The notes: generated by a model from the sequence alone, not told the origin. Shown: positions 42,625-56,238, numbered from the stretch's first letter. The stretch: DNA of 64,000 nt from Eledone cirrhosa (GCA_964016885.1 OZ024743.1:364994001-365058000); one strand, 5' to 3'. Program-made: numbers and translations.

Positions 42625-42629
<5 letters not shown>
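41886..42629 (+). mobile_element. Retrozyme / pLTR-like partial tandem (535-bp period, about 209-bp terminal direct repeat)
   Basis: 41886-42094 matches 42421-42629 closely. The first repeat starts inside helix III of the HHR. The element ends in (TA)n. Confidence 0.8.
42367..42440 (+). ncRNA. Type-I hammerhead ribozyme (family F)
   Basis: ttactga CTGATGA [34 nt, imperfect helix II] GAAA cgaa-ataga-ttcg TA tcagcaa. Predicted cleavage after 42433. Confidence 0.8.
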
Positions 42630-42690
<61 letters not shown>

Positions 42691-42814
42691 TCAATCTCGG
42701 CAAGGGTCGATGTTCAGCCGTCTTTATATATATATAACTAAGGAGGTGAGGTGAGTAACCAGATGGACCATAACGCACCAGAGTACTCAATACTTAGGAT
42801 AGTAGAGTGGGTAA

Positions 42815-42929
42815 TAGGAAAATGTTTAACCCCGACGGCAGAGTTCAAATAGTTTCGACGGCTAATTCAGGACAGTCCAGAAATAGCCGTCGAAACTGTT
42901 TGAGCTCTGCCGTCGGGGTTAAACATTTT

Positions 42930-42934
<5 letters not shown>
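42815..42934. repeat. About 120-bp fold-back (about 50-bp arms) next to (TA)n
   Basis: taggaaaatgtttaaccccgacggcagag..tttcgacggcta pairs with tagccgtcgaaa..ctctgccgtcggggttaaacattttccta. Confidence 0.92.
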
Positions 42935-42993
<59 letters not shown>

Positions 42994-43027
42994 ACATATA
43001 TACATATATATATGTATGTATATATAA

Positions 43028-43066
<39 letters not shown>

Positions 43067-43455
43067 CTGAAAGAGAGAGGGAGAGAAAGAGATGAAGAGG
43101 GTGAAGTGAGAAAGTGGCAACTTTATAGGTAAACAGATGGTAACAGACAGGCAGACATACATACCTATAATCAATTCAAGTGAAAAGGTAATTTAAAGGT
43201 TAAAAGGTCAATCACATTCATATTGCCGTTTATCTCATTGTCAAGGCAATGAAAGCAATATGGAAACTTCGTTGTTCCGTAGCAATAAACTTTGTGAAAA
43301 CTACACTATTACATTCCTTTTAATATACATTCACTCCCTTCTCACATCAACATTATTCAGCCAGTGTTTGTTTCTTCCCTGTTTATACCACTATATCAAT
43401 CTATTGACAATCCTTTTCTAAAGAGATGTCACCACACATTTCAAGTATTTACAAT

Positions 43456-43506
<51 letters not shown>

Positions 43507-44071
43507 CCCTTTCTTTCTTTCTTTCTTCATTCCTTTCTTTCTTAATGTACCATCGTCTGAATATTTTCAGATTGAAAAGCTTCACATACTTTTTAACATA
43601 ATGGCGGCTTGTTTAACACAACCTAAACGCTATTCTGAAGTCTGTCAATCAAAAAACAAAAACAAAAAACAAAAACAAACCAGCAAACAAACAAAAAAAC
43701 AAAAAAAAACTAGCAATGTCAATGAGTCATATCAGACATTTTAGTTTTTATTGTTGTCGATGTTGTTATTGCTGTTTTTGATACTCTCTTCATTCATCTT
43801 CCTCTCACCCTTTGAAAGATAGAGCACACCTCGTATAATATGATCCGAGACACGATCTCTGAAAATAATGTAAGAGTGACACTATGACGCTATTAGAATG
43901 TCTGCGATCGTAAGTCATCCTGGTCAGGACTGACCAGGAGTCAAACAACAACATTAAGTACCGTCTTTCTCTGAGTCCAAATATACAACCACCAAAACAT
44001 TTGTTGCTTGTTTTGTCCAGTTGTTGTGTCGTCCCAGGTCAACACTGGTTGAGTTGATCTATCATCTAAAG

Positions 44072-44393
44072 CTAGGTTCTCAAACTATTTGGGCCACCCT
44101 CCCGCCCACGGCCACGTAATACCCTCAGAGCCCTCACCCCTATTTCCAGAGAGACCTACATGCAAATTGTAAATAATATATAATAAATAAAATCTTTAAT
44201 ATATAATAAATAATATAATATATACTATGTATAAATAAATATTATATATTTTTTATTTTACTATATTTATATATAATATGTATCATTTGATATTTAATAT
44301 GCTATTATATTATCTCTACCGCCCCCTTACGTCCCAGCGCCCCTTGGGACTTCTCAACATCCCCAAGGGTAGCGCCCACTTTGAGAACCTCTG
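44072..44393. mobile_element. hAT-superfamily MITE
   Basis: 8-bp TSD atctaaag at 44064-44071 and 44394-44401. TIRs aggttctcaaa / tttgagaacct. Confidence 0.85.
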
Positions 44394-44632
44394 ATCTAAA
44401 GTATATCAGCCATCTTTTTCATGCATTGTATACTATAATATTCAATACGTACATTTTTAAGGCAGGAGGATGTGATTTGAGGGAAATTTACCTGTTATGT
44501 CTAGCAAATCGAACAACTATGTTGAGGCACACATATTGACCCATTTTTGTTAATTTTGTTTTGTGTCTGCTTTGATTGCCTCTGAGTCTAAAAAGCTGGC
44601 GTATTTGTTGTTATTGAAATTTAGCATTTCTA

Positions 44633-44826
44633 TGGTCGATTGTCAGTATCGGTAGAAGGTCGGACGCCATGCTTTGACGCATAGAGTTACGGCCCTTGCC
44701 ATTCTGAGTTCAAATCCCGCCGAGGTTAACTTTGCCTTTCATCCTTACGAGGTCGATAAAATAAAGTACCAGTAATGTACTGGGTAATTGCTGGCCGTGT
44801 ACCAAAATACCAAAAGTAGAAACAAT
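44633..44826 (+). mobile_element. SINE family A copy
   Basis: Full head, B-box gagttcaaatcc, and core. Confidence 0.85.
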
Positions 44827-45085
44827 TATGTATAACTATGAGCTACAAGCTATGAGAATAAACCCCAACAAAAATGAAAGACTAGTACGCCTACAGCGAC
44901 ACATTTATTTCAGATTGGTATTGGTGTTTATAAGGGTTAGTGTTTTAAACTCCATATAAATATTAATTATGCATTCTTTTATTTGACTTCGGTTATTCTG
45001 GGACACTACCTTATAGGGATTTAGTAGATCATAACGTCTCCAGTACTTGCTTTAATAATCTCTTTTTGTTGAACCATTAAGACAC

Positions 45086-45191
<106 letters not shown>

Positions 45192-45229
45192 TACATACAC
45201 ACACAAAAACATATGCGCATACGCGCACA

Positions 45230-45348
45230 CAAGGCTTTGGTCAATCCGAAGCTATTGTAGAAGACATTTGCCCAAGGTGCCACGAAGGGAAACTGAACTT
45301 GAAACGACATGACTGTGAAGCGAGCTCCTTAACCACATACCCATGCCT
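45230..45348 (-). mobile_element. SINE family B-like copy
   Basis: Minus strand: ggcatgggtatgtggttaaggagctcgc...caccttgggcaaatgtctt. Similar copies at about 27145-27245, 53920-54025 and 55340-55465. Confidence 0.65.
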
Positions 45349-45759
45349 TAAGAAAATATTCCTTTTATTGCCAGCTCATCAAATTAACGTGCAAGTGACT
45401 GAGCATTGCATGGACATGTTTACATTTAACGTAGTTCTCAGGGAGATTCAACGTGACACACACAACATCTAAATAACTCGTATAAATCTAGGAGGAAGAA
45501 TGGATTTTTAAGAGCCTATGCTTAGCTAACATTTCATTGCGTTAGTAGAACTGGTTTTTATAAGAATGTTTCCAGATGAGTCTGCCCCCACGGCAAATGG
45601 AGGTAATTATAACATGGAATTCTTGAATTCGAACGCATTTATTTAATGAGTTGGTATTCTATTCATTCGGTCACATCTCTCTTTGTGATCACTCGAATGC
45701 CTTCTGCTGAGCCAGATCAACATATGCTAAACACCACCCCACCACAACCACTACAATCC

Positions 45760-45809
45760 TGACCAACAAAAACAACGGCAGCAGCAAAACCACCACCACC
45801 ACCACCACC

Positions 45810-45840
<31 letters not shown>

Positions 45841-45971
45841 GCAACAGCAGCAGCAACAGCAACAACAACAAAAGCAATAGCAGCAACAACAACAGCAGCA
45901 AAACCACCACCACCAACAACAACAACAACAAAAACAACAACAGCAGCAAAACCACCACCACCACCACCACC

Positions 45972-46003
<32 letters not shown>

Positions 46004-46085
46004 CAGCAACAGCAGCAGCAAATGCAACAACAACAAAAGCAATAGCAGCAACAACAACAGCAGCAAAACCACCACCACCACCACC

Positions 46086-46117
<32 letters not shown>

Positions 46118-46229
46118 CAAAAACAGCAGCAGCAACAACAACAAAAGCAATAGCAGCAACAACAACAGCAGCAAAACCTCCACCACCACCACCACCACCA
46201 CCACCACCACCACCACCACCACCACCACC

Positions 46230-46261
<32 letters not shown>

Positions 46262-46358
46262 CAACAACAACAGCAGCAGCAACAGCAACAACAACAAAAG
46301 CAATAGCAGCAACAACAACAGCAGCAAAAGCACCACCACCACCACCACCACCACCACC

Positions 46359-46390
<32 letters not shown>

Positions 46391-46622
46391 CAACAGCAAC
46401 AGCAACAACAACAACAGCAACAGCAACAACAACAAAAGCAATAGCAGCAACAACAACAGCAGCAAAACCACCACCACCACCACCACCACCACCACCACCG
46501 CCACCAACAACAACAACAACAACAACAGCAACAGCAACAACAAAAGCAATAGCAGCAACAACAACAGCAGCAAAAGCACCACCACCACCACTACCACCAC
46601 CACCACCACCACCACCACCACC

Positions 46623-46654
<32 letters not shown>

Positions 46655-46980
46655 CAACAACAGCAACAGCAACAACAACAACAGCAACAGCAACAATAAC
46701 AAAAGCAATAGCAGCAACAACAACAGCAGCAAAACCACCACCACCACCACCACCACCACCACCACCACCACCACCAACAACAACAACAAAAACAATAGCA
46801 GCAACAACAACAGCAGCAAAACCTCCACCACCACCACCACCACCACCACCACCACCACCACCACCACCAACAGCAACAGCAACAACAACAGCAACAGCAA
46901 GAACAACAAAAGCAATAGCAGCAACAACAACAGCAGCAAAACCACCACCACCACCACCACCACCAGCAACAACAACAGCA

Positions 46981-47012
<32 letters not shown>

Positions 47013-47042
47013 AAAAGCACCACCACCACCACCACCACCACC

Positions 47043-47074
<32 letters not shown>

Positions 47075-47219
47075 CAACAGCAACAGCAACAAAAGCAATA
47101 GTAGCAACAACAACAGCAGCAAAACCACCACCACCACCACCACCACCAGCAACAACAACAGCAGCAGCAGCAACAACAACAACAGCAACAACAACAACAG
47201 CAGCAAAAGCACCACCACC

Positions 47220-47251
<32 letters not shown>

Positions 47252-47333
47252 CAACAGCAACAGCAACAAAAGCAATAGCAGCAACAACAACAGCAGCAAA
47301 AGCACCACCACCACCACCACCACCACCACCTCC

Positions 47334-47365
<32 letters not shown>

Positions 47366-47492
47366 CAACAGCAACAGCAACAACAACAAAAGCAATAGCA
47401 GCAACAACAACAGCAGCAACACCACCACCACCACCACCACCACCACCACCACCACCATCACCACCACCACCACAGCAGCAACAACAACAACG
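45760..47492. repeat. Compound (CAC)n-(CAA)n-(CAG) array with a repeating cassette
   Basis: The cassette aaaagcaatagcagcaacaacaacagcagcaaaa recurs more than ten times between variable-length CAC and CAA runs. Confidence 0.95.
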
Positions 47493-47577
47493 CTAATAAT
47501 AGCATTAACAGCTGCAATAGTAATAACACATGCAGAATAGCTGCACCAAGAGCAATATCAGCATTAACAGCTGGAGA

Positions 47578-48453
47578 AGTAGTAGTGGTGGTGGTAGTAG
47601 TGGTGGTGGTAGTAGTGGTGGCGGTAGAAGTGTTGGTGGTAGTAGTGGTGGTGGTAGTAGTGGTGCTTGAGTAGTGGTGGTGGTAGTAGTGGTGGTGGTA
47701 GTAGTGGTGGTAGTAGTAGTGGTGGTAGTAGTAGTGGTGGTGGTAGTAGTGGTGCTTGTAGTAGTGGTAGTGGTAGTAGTGGTGGTGGTAGTAGTGGTGG
47801 TGGTAGTAGTGCTGCTTGTAGTAGTGGTGGTGGTAGTGGTGGTGGTAGTAGTGGTGCTTGTAGTAGTGGTGGTGGTAGTAGTGGTGGTGGTAGTAGTAGT
47901 GCTTGTAGTAGTGGTGGTGGTAGTAGTGGTGGTGGTAGTAGTGATGGTGGTAGTAGTGGTGGTGGTAGTAGTGGTGGTGGTAGTAGTGGTGCTTGTAGTA
48001 GTGGTGGTAGTAGTAGTGGTGCTTGTAGTAGTGGTGGTGGTAGTAGTGGTGGTGGTAGTAGAGGTGGTGGTAGTAGTGGTGGTGGTAGTAGTGGTGGTGG
48101 TAGTAGTGGTGGTGGTAGTAGTGGTGGTGGTAGTAGCGGTGGTGGTAGTAGTGGTGGTAGTAGTAGTGGTGCTTGTAGTAGTGGTGGTGGTAGTAGTGGT
48201 GGTGGTAATAGGAACAATGGTAGTTGTAGTGATGGGGTTAGTGATGACTAGCGGTAGTAGTAGTAGTGGTGGTGGCGTTGGTGATTGTAGTAATGGTGGT
48301 ACTGGTTGTAGTTGTTGTGTTGGTGGTAGTAGTGGTGGTGGTAGTAGTGGTGGTGGTAGTAGTGATGTTGGTGTTGGTGGTGTCAGTGGTGGTGATAGTA
48401 GTATGTAGTGTTGTTCTTGGTGAGAGTAGTGTGGTTGTTATTGTTGGTATTAA

Positions 48454-48492
<39 letters not shown>

Positions 48493-48620
48493 AGGTGCTA
48501 GTGGTGGTCATGGCGGTGATAGTGTTAGTAGTGTTATTGTTATTGGTGAGGTGGGTGTTGGAATTGGTGGCATAATGTTGTTGCTGTTGGTAGAGCTGGT
48601 GGAGCTGGTGTTGGTACTAG
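47578..48620. repeat. (GTA/GTG) trinucleotide array, mainly a 15-bp unit gtagtagtggtggtg
   Basis: Directly visible. Includes a variant unit gtagtagtggtgctt. Confidence 0.95.
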
Positions 48621-48796
48621 TAGTAATACCAAATGTCTGGGCGTTTCTTGCATAGTTTAAGTATTTCAACTTCCCTAACTTCCGTTACTTCCAACAATAA
48701 ATACATACCAGTGGGTACATTATATAGGGACGCATTCCATCTTATACATTCTGTTGGGTACTCGGCACATTATCTTGATTTGTATATGATAATGAA

Positions 48797-49065
48797 GGCG
48801 CGTGGCCTAGTGAATAGAATGTTGGGCTCACGATCGGAAGGTCGTGAGTTCGATTCCGGCTCCGATAGGCACATTGTCTACTTGAACAATGCACTTCCTT
48901 TCATGCCACTCCAATGCACTCAGCTGAAAAAAAACAACGAATACCAGAAACTGCGGTCGAGAGTCAAACATGGTACTGGGGATTAGGGAGGGGGAGTATT
49001 GTACTCTCACTCGCTTAACGTCACATGAAATCGAGCTAAGCTCTGGCCTGACGAGTTTATAGATC
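48797..49065 (+). mobile_element. tRNA-derived SINE (family B)
   Basis: A-box tggcctagtga, B-box gagttcgattcc. Confidence 0.75.
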
Positions 49066-50227
49066 CAAGAAAGGCAATTTTAATATAGTGATGCCATTTA
49101 AGAAACTCAGTCGATCCATATCAATGCTAGAAATAGGTGTCAAATATCCTTCAAATCACGTACTCTACGACTGTATTAACTGGGCCAGAACACATTGGAT
49201 AATGTAGTTTAGATGTAAGGGTCTCGACTGGTGTATCTTTGAGCACAGATCTGCTCATTCGTGGCTGACCTAGAGTGAAACAGTATAGCCAAGTACAAAA
49301 ACAACATTGCCTTCTTGAGCAATAATAGAAAATCGAAGGGGCTTCTGCATGGTCACTCGATCTGCTAGAAATAATAGTAAAATGTGCCTTCAAACCATAC
49401 CTTACATGCCATCTAAAATATAGAGGGGTTCATTAGACACTATTGTTCCTAACGGGATAATTATGGCTGCAATGTTTTTGATCATAGGTTTGTACGGCCA
49501 GGAAAGATATGGTTCTAAACAACAGCAGCAATAACAAAAGCAACAACAACTAGCACCACCACAACAACAACCCCCACTGTCACAACGACAATAGTGACAA
49601 CAACAACAACAACACAGGAAGACAATATAATTAAGAACATGAGGAAAACTTCATGTGTTTTTAAACTAAGTTCAAAAGAACAAAAACAAAAAACTCAAAG
49701 AAAGGACAACCCTCGTTCATATCTAATCAGATATGAAAGTGAAACTAGAAGCAAGCAATCAATGGTTGATAAGCCTAAACAGCTGTCTCTGAGATTTCTT
49801 AATATTTTAGTTCCGTTTATCTTATGGCTATCAGTGCTTAAAAGGATTTTGTCTATAAATTCACTAGGAACAAGCTACATTATAAAATTAAGAGAGGCAC
49901 ACACACATTTACAGACATACACAACTAATATGCATGAATTGATGTGAGAGTATATGGAAAGACGTGTGTATGTATATCTTTTGGATTTTAAGCTATAAAG
50001 AAGTAAATAAAAAATTGTAACATTAAAGTTGTGACCCCTCCCCCCATACCCCTCCCCCCCAAAAAAAAGGTGAAGAAAAAACAGAAATATGAGAATTCCA
50101 AAGGTATGTATGAATGCAAGAGATTCCATTAGTATATGTACATATACATATACATGCATACATACATACACATATATATATATATATGTACATGCACACA
50201 AACATAACACACACTCACACACACATT

Positions 50228-50258
<31 letters not shown>

Positions 50259-50327
50259 TCATAGACAGACATGTATACAGACGCAAACGTACACGCATTC
50301 ATACATGTGTGTATGTTTGTATACACG

Positions 50328-50408
<81 letters not shown>

Positions 50409-50942
50409 ACCACCGAGTCCATTGTCATGATCAAACCGCCACCCTCCTTCAAAAACGAAGGAGAGGCGGTTTTCCTTTGTGTGATAGCTATGGCGAAAGA
50501 GGTTGTATGGTGGACAAGGTTGAAAGGGCTGAGGTCAGACACCTTTCTCTCCGGCCAACAACTGATTCTTTTTTTCAAATACCACTTTGGAAGAAGAATC
50601 AGGATGGAGAGAGAGGTGCTGTACCCCAGCAAGTTTTATGAAAGGTGGGTGAAAGTGGCGAGAATGGCCCGAGTGAATGGGCCTTCTCTCTATATCAGCC
50701 TGTAGGTTGAGGAAAAGGAGGAGGAGAGGAAAGGAGTACAAGCTCTTCGTACTCCTGGAGATGAGGGTTGCACATTTTTTTCGGGGGTCTGTGTTACCCA
50801 TATAAACTGTCTCCCTCTATTGGGGAAAATCGACTAACTTTTAAATTCCATCTGTGATAACATTTTACACGTTTTTATTGTATGTAAACTTCCCCCTTTG
50901 TATTTGTCCCCTTCTTTTGTGCCCCTGTGGCTAATAAAGAAA
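50409..50942 (+). mobile_element. Heavily 5'-truncated Tx1 copy in (TCTA)n, nearly identical to 29803-30337
   Basis: About two differences seen by eye over about 530 bp. (TC)n(TCTA)n upstream and tatatctatctatctat downstream. Confidence 0.95.
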
Positions 50943-51619
50943 TATATCTATCTATCTATATGTACACTTTGAATCATACTATAAAGACAAAAGACCTAAA
51001 ATTAACTGTTAAGACAATATAACATAAATAAAGGAGTAGAAAATATGACGGATTTTAAAATTAAATCTGAGACAAAAAAATTACATTAATGCAATTATTT
51101 TTAGTGTATTGTAAAAAAATATATGTGACTACTTAAGGTATTTGTTAGCTGAGACGTGTGAAATGAGAACGAGAGGTTGTATAGAATTTTCTGTGCCGTC
51201 TCTCAAGGATTATAAAGAAATATTAAACCTGTTTGATTATCTGTCTTAGTGAAGAATTATAAGTCTTTTAGTCGTGATGTTATTCTATTAAATGGAATTC
51301 GGATCAAGTAAAATATGGATCAAATAAAGTCGGATTATATAGATTTCAGATAAGAGAACGTTAATGCTGTTTCATTCGTGAGAGATCCGTGTCCCTTAAA
51401 ATCAGGGAAGAGCAAACAATTTTCTTCGTTTATATCGATATGTTGTTATTGCTACAGATTTAAAATCTTCTAAAAAATGTGTGTGTGGGGGAGGGGGATT
51501 AGTGTTCGGCAACTCTTTAGCGTAGTAGTTTAATCACTCGATCAACATTCCAGAGATGACGTGTTCGAATGCTCATAGATGTCTCTGTTCGTTTTTTCCG
51601 TCTACAGATTTTTCAACTA

Positions 51620-51795
51620 CAGGTGAAATTCTGTTATAACGAATACCATTATAACGAATTTTTCTGTATAACGAATATTTTTTCAATTCCCGAGTTAATA
51701 ACAAACAAACAAACGCTCGATTTGTTTCGGTCGATTTCGTTATAAAGAATTTTTCGTTATTTTTTTATACCGGAATTTATAACGGAATTTCACTG
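51620..51795. mobile_element. pogo/Tigger-like MITE
   Basis: TA|caggtgaaattctgttataa ... ttataacggaatttcactg|TA, with internal ttataacgaat repeats. Confidence 0.75.
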
Positions 51796-52297
51796 TATAA
51801 TTTATAGATATCAACTATTGTTATGGCGACTACATTTCAAATACACACACACACACACACACACACACGCGCACACACACATACGCGCACACACACATAC
51901 GCATATATGCGCGCGCGTGTGTGTGTGTGCGTATATATACATATATAAATATATGCATGTATGTATGTTTGCGTGTGTGCGTGTCTATGTTCTACGATCA
52001 AATGTATAAGGTGGACTAGGAGAATCGGAAGAGTGTCTGACAAAATACCTTACGCTATATAGTTACACCTTTTATAAGTTCAAAGGTCATCTTTGCCTTT
52101 TAGCTTTTCGGTTCGATAAAATAAAGGGTCGGTCAATTACTGGGTTTGCTTTAGTCGACTAACTCCGCTTCATCACAAAATTTCTGTCTTTGTGACTAAG
52201 TCGGAAATTAATATTGATTATTGCCTGATATCGATTTCTCCAACATCATTTATATAATTGTAGTTAGATTTTGAAAGCTCCTAATATCCTATTAAAT

Positions 52298-52768
52298 AGG
52301 TCTGTCTGTATTTTTTCCGTGGGAATGGCGCTGACAAGACTGTGCGGAGTGGAGCTGCATATATTCGTGCGCATGAGGGGTGTGGGAGGAGCTCGCTGGA
52401 TGCGTCAGTCGCTGCCAGACATCTAGCGTGTGAGACGATGTGTTACTTACTCATATTTTCATTTCACTCGACATTGCCAACAAGGTTTCTTGGAAAAGAA
52501 AGTTATTTCGTTCATATTCTTGGGCCCTATTCTCCAGACATGGCTCTTTATGATATATATAGAGAGAGAGCCGGGAGGATTTCATGCGAATTGCGACGAC
52601 AGAGCTGAGAGCCATTACAGAAGAAAATTTCCAGGGGTGCTTTGAAAAATAGAAGGATCGGAGGGCTAAAGGCACAGGGGCCTACTTCGAAATGGATTAT
52701 CAACTGAACCCTAGCAAGTATGCAATTGTTTTCCAAATCTAAGGTCGGATTCTTTTCAACAGATCTCT
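52298..52768 (+). mobile_element. Internally deleted mariner transposon remnant
   Basis: Translates to GPYSPDMALYD (mariner YSPDLAP motif) and AITEENFQGCFEK...GAYFE. Ends aggtctgt / acagatct. Confidence 0.7.
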
Positions 52769-53139
52769 ATGTTAACATTAACTTAACCTATTCAAAAATG
52801 AGTTAATAAAGTATTGAGAAGACAATAAATTTTAAATTTGAATAATTATTCTTTTGACATGGTGAAAAGTGCTTAGTCAGCATTTAAATAACAACTGTCT
52901 CTCACTCGTGACAGCATTTATCTAAACTAATTAGTTGTTGCTTATCACAATGTAAGATATTTCAACACTTTAAATCACATTGCATTTTATTTATACGTGT
53001 TTGCGACTGTTTATGCGTGAATGTGAGTGTTTGGGAGGGAGATAGAAATAAAGTGAGATAAAGAGAGAGAGAGAGAGAGAGAGAAAGAGGGGGGGGGGGG
53101 AGAAAGAGGGAGAGAGAGAGAGAAAAGAAAGTGATATGT

Positions 53140-53171
<32 letters not shown>

Positions 53172-53478
53172 CATACATACATGTATGTATGTATGTATGT
53201 ATGTGTGTATGTATGTATGTATGACTCACTATAAAAGCTTCACGGCACAGGCATTGCTTTATATCTGGAGATCTCTCTGCACTTGTCCTCACATGGTACC
53301 ATGGGCCCAGCACTATGTGTCAATAATTGTCACAAGTGCAGTGTTTGTACCAGAGTTTTCAATACGCTGGCTGGACTAAAAAGTCACACTCGTTCAGTGC
53401 ATCGGTAGGGGTTCTCCTACATGGATATAAAGTAGTGGCCGTACTCGAAAACGAGTTGGCAGCCACCATGTATGTATG

Positions 53479-53519
<41 letters not shown>

Positions 53520-54045
53520 TTGAGAGAGAAAGAGAGACAGAGTAAGAGACAGTAAAGAGAGAGGGCGAGTGTAGAGAGAGAGAATGAGAGAGAGTAGGGG
53601 GATAGAAAATAAAATATTTTTTTAACTCAATATTTTTTAGTTTGCTTTATGTTCAATTTTAAAAAAGATAGGAATGACTTATTATAAGTGTAAATATGGG
53701 TATTTGTCATCTTCGTTGAAGAAACTTTTGCTCTCCTCTCAAATGAATGTCCGTATGGTGAAGTTAACATTTTACAAACACGTCTATACTTGAGGCTATT
53801 TTTATGCAAAAATACCGTGACACAATGTATCAACGTTGGACCTTTGAATTACTGGTATAGTTGATCTGATAGGGACACCCAGTTTTTACCCATTCAATGT
53901 TACTGACAATGCTTGAATCGACCAGGCGGGAGAGTAAATACACTTATCCAAAATACGACACAGAAGGATCGATCCCGGGATCTTATGATTGTGAAGGGAT
54001 CTTCTTAAACTGTCAGCCATGCCTATGTCCATTTTGAGTAGATAG

Positions 54046-54110
<65 letters not shown>

Positions 54111-56197
54111 ATACTTCCAGTGATTCCGACGACGGGTGTTCCAGTGTTCACAACCTGCTTGTGAAATGAAGAAAAAAGAAAAAGAAAGAAAGAAAATGAA
54201 GTTAAATAAGACGGCAAAGCTAGCAAGTGGTGACACATATATCTCTAATATATGTGCAGTACTGTATATACGTCACAAAAATGTAATCATAGAATTGATA
54301 AATGAGTCCGAACACGGAAGAGCAGAACTCCCATGTCATCAATTCCATCTCTCTCGCCCTTCCCATCTCTCTGTATTATGAGCAAATTGGGGCCCCACGT
54401 GCTGGCCGCCCCACAGCCCTGGCGGACAGATTGGAGAAGGCGTTTCCCTGGAGGATGGTAAGGGAGATGCGCTGGCAGAGCCATTCCATCTTGCGAGGCT
54501 CACACCTGCGACTGGCCAGCTCAGCGCCTATGGTGGTAAGTAGGGAGGTAGCCCTGGGGGCCAACGTGCAAACGGTTGAGCATTTTACACCAATCCACGT
54601 GCCTTAACCGATAGATGTGGAAGTAAATGATTTATGCACCCTGTCGCGAGGCTGTCGCTGGTTATAATTGAACGAGCGGAGGAGTGAGTGTTGATAGGCT
54701 CGAAGTTTCTGATAAATAACAGTTATATACACACGGCTAATCGCAGAAGCGTTAGAGATTTTGTAGATGGCGGTTGTTATTATGAGGTGTCTGATGTGTT
54801 CAAATATTTAGAGCAGAAAAATATATCAACTTACACCATTCACAAGAGAAAATACAAGTAAAGAAGTAAAGTGTGTCTTTAATGGAAGACTCGTTGAATA
54901 ACAGAAAACAGTTGACATGGATGTATTTAGCGACTGATATCCGAGAGTTTATTATCTGTGATAAATTTCTGATCTACTACTACTACTACTACTATCTTAT
55001 ATTTATACTGTATATTAGGCTCCGGCATGGTTGTGTGATTAAGGAGATTGCTATGCAAACTCATGGTTTTGGATTCCATTCACTGCACGACACCTACTAT
55101 AGAATTTATTAGACGGAAACTATAACAACTGCATTTTCAATATATACTTTTTTCTAGGTGGTATGCGATTCAGACGAGATTTGGCTATTATTTCTAATAG
55201 AATAAGCCACTACATAGAGTGGACCTCGCTAAAGATACTATGTGGGGGGTATTAAACTCTGTGATAGATTAAGTCTGTCACATTAGAAAAGTAATCTTAC
55301 TTTTGGTAGGCTTCCACACAACTTCCACCTATTTAATTTCCGTAACAAGACTTTAGTCACCTGAACTATGTTAGAATACACTTTCCCAATGTGCTTAGAA
55401 GTAGGATCGAACTCGAAACCTCATAGTTGTTTGTGTGTCGTCATAAGCACATAATCATGCTTGGCAACGATCATCCTTCAGTAGATGTGGGAGATGGCAA
55501 AGTGGTACGGGTGAATTGAGAGGTGGTGATATAGAAGAGGGGAATATGAGGGGAGAGAGAGAGAGAGAGAGAGGTAATGTAGAATGTGAAATAGGACGTG
55601 CAAGGTGAATATGTGTGAGTCACAAGTTATGGACAAGAATTAAACGAAGGGAATATTGCTTTTAGCATAGGTACAAGGACCCCAAATTTGAGTAAGGTAT
55701 AATCAATGAAAAATGAAAGAGTTCTGACATGGCCTGTTTATATCGATCTCGACAGCATTTGTCTACTTCGATGTGATTTTACAGAATGTAAAAAACCCCA
55801 CAACAAAACACAGCAACAGAACATTAACTGCACTCTCTAGCTCGTTTACATAAGATTGGAGTTATGTAACCAGACTAGTTATAGTCAGATGGAGTAAATT
55901 TTTAAAGATTTGTGAGAAACATGTAATGTCTAATGATGCTAATCTATTTCATTCTCTCTTACAGAAAACAGTAGCAGCTGAGCAAACGCCTGTAACAGTA
56001 TACCTTCTGTTTCAGCACCCCCCGAGCTCTACAAATTGTAACCATAATCCTTTTGAACCCATCCAATTAGATTTAAGTGTGACACTGAGCCATGGTTCAG
56101 GCTGAACAATATATAAGTGTAAACAACTTACGCACGAAAATCACACACTCACGCGCGCACACACAGACACACACACACATACACAGACACACACACG

Positions 56198-56238
<41 letters not shown>

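Noticed and set aside
45689-47473. 594-aa poly-Val/Leu ORF
   Set aside because: Reverse translation of CAC/CAA triplet repeats with a non-ATG start. Not a plausible protein.
47667-48251. Gly/Ser-rich structural-protein-like ORF
   Set aside because: Non-ATG start, no signal peptide or splice evidence, and it lies entirely within a simple repeat.
48797-48870. tRNA gene candidates with A and B boxes (also at 35718)
   Set aside because: No cloverleaf closes and the sequence continues into a SINE core, so these are SINE heads.
51366-51383. 17-mer ctgtttcattcgtgaga shared with 24767-24783
   Set aside because: No flanking similarity. Compatible with chance in 64 kb of AT-rich DNA.
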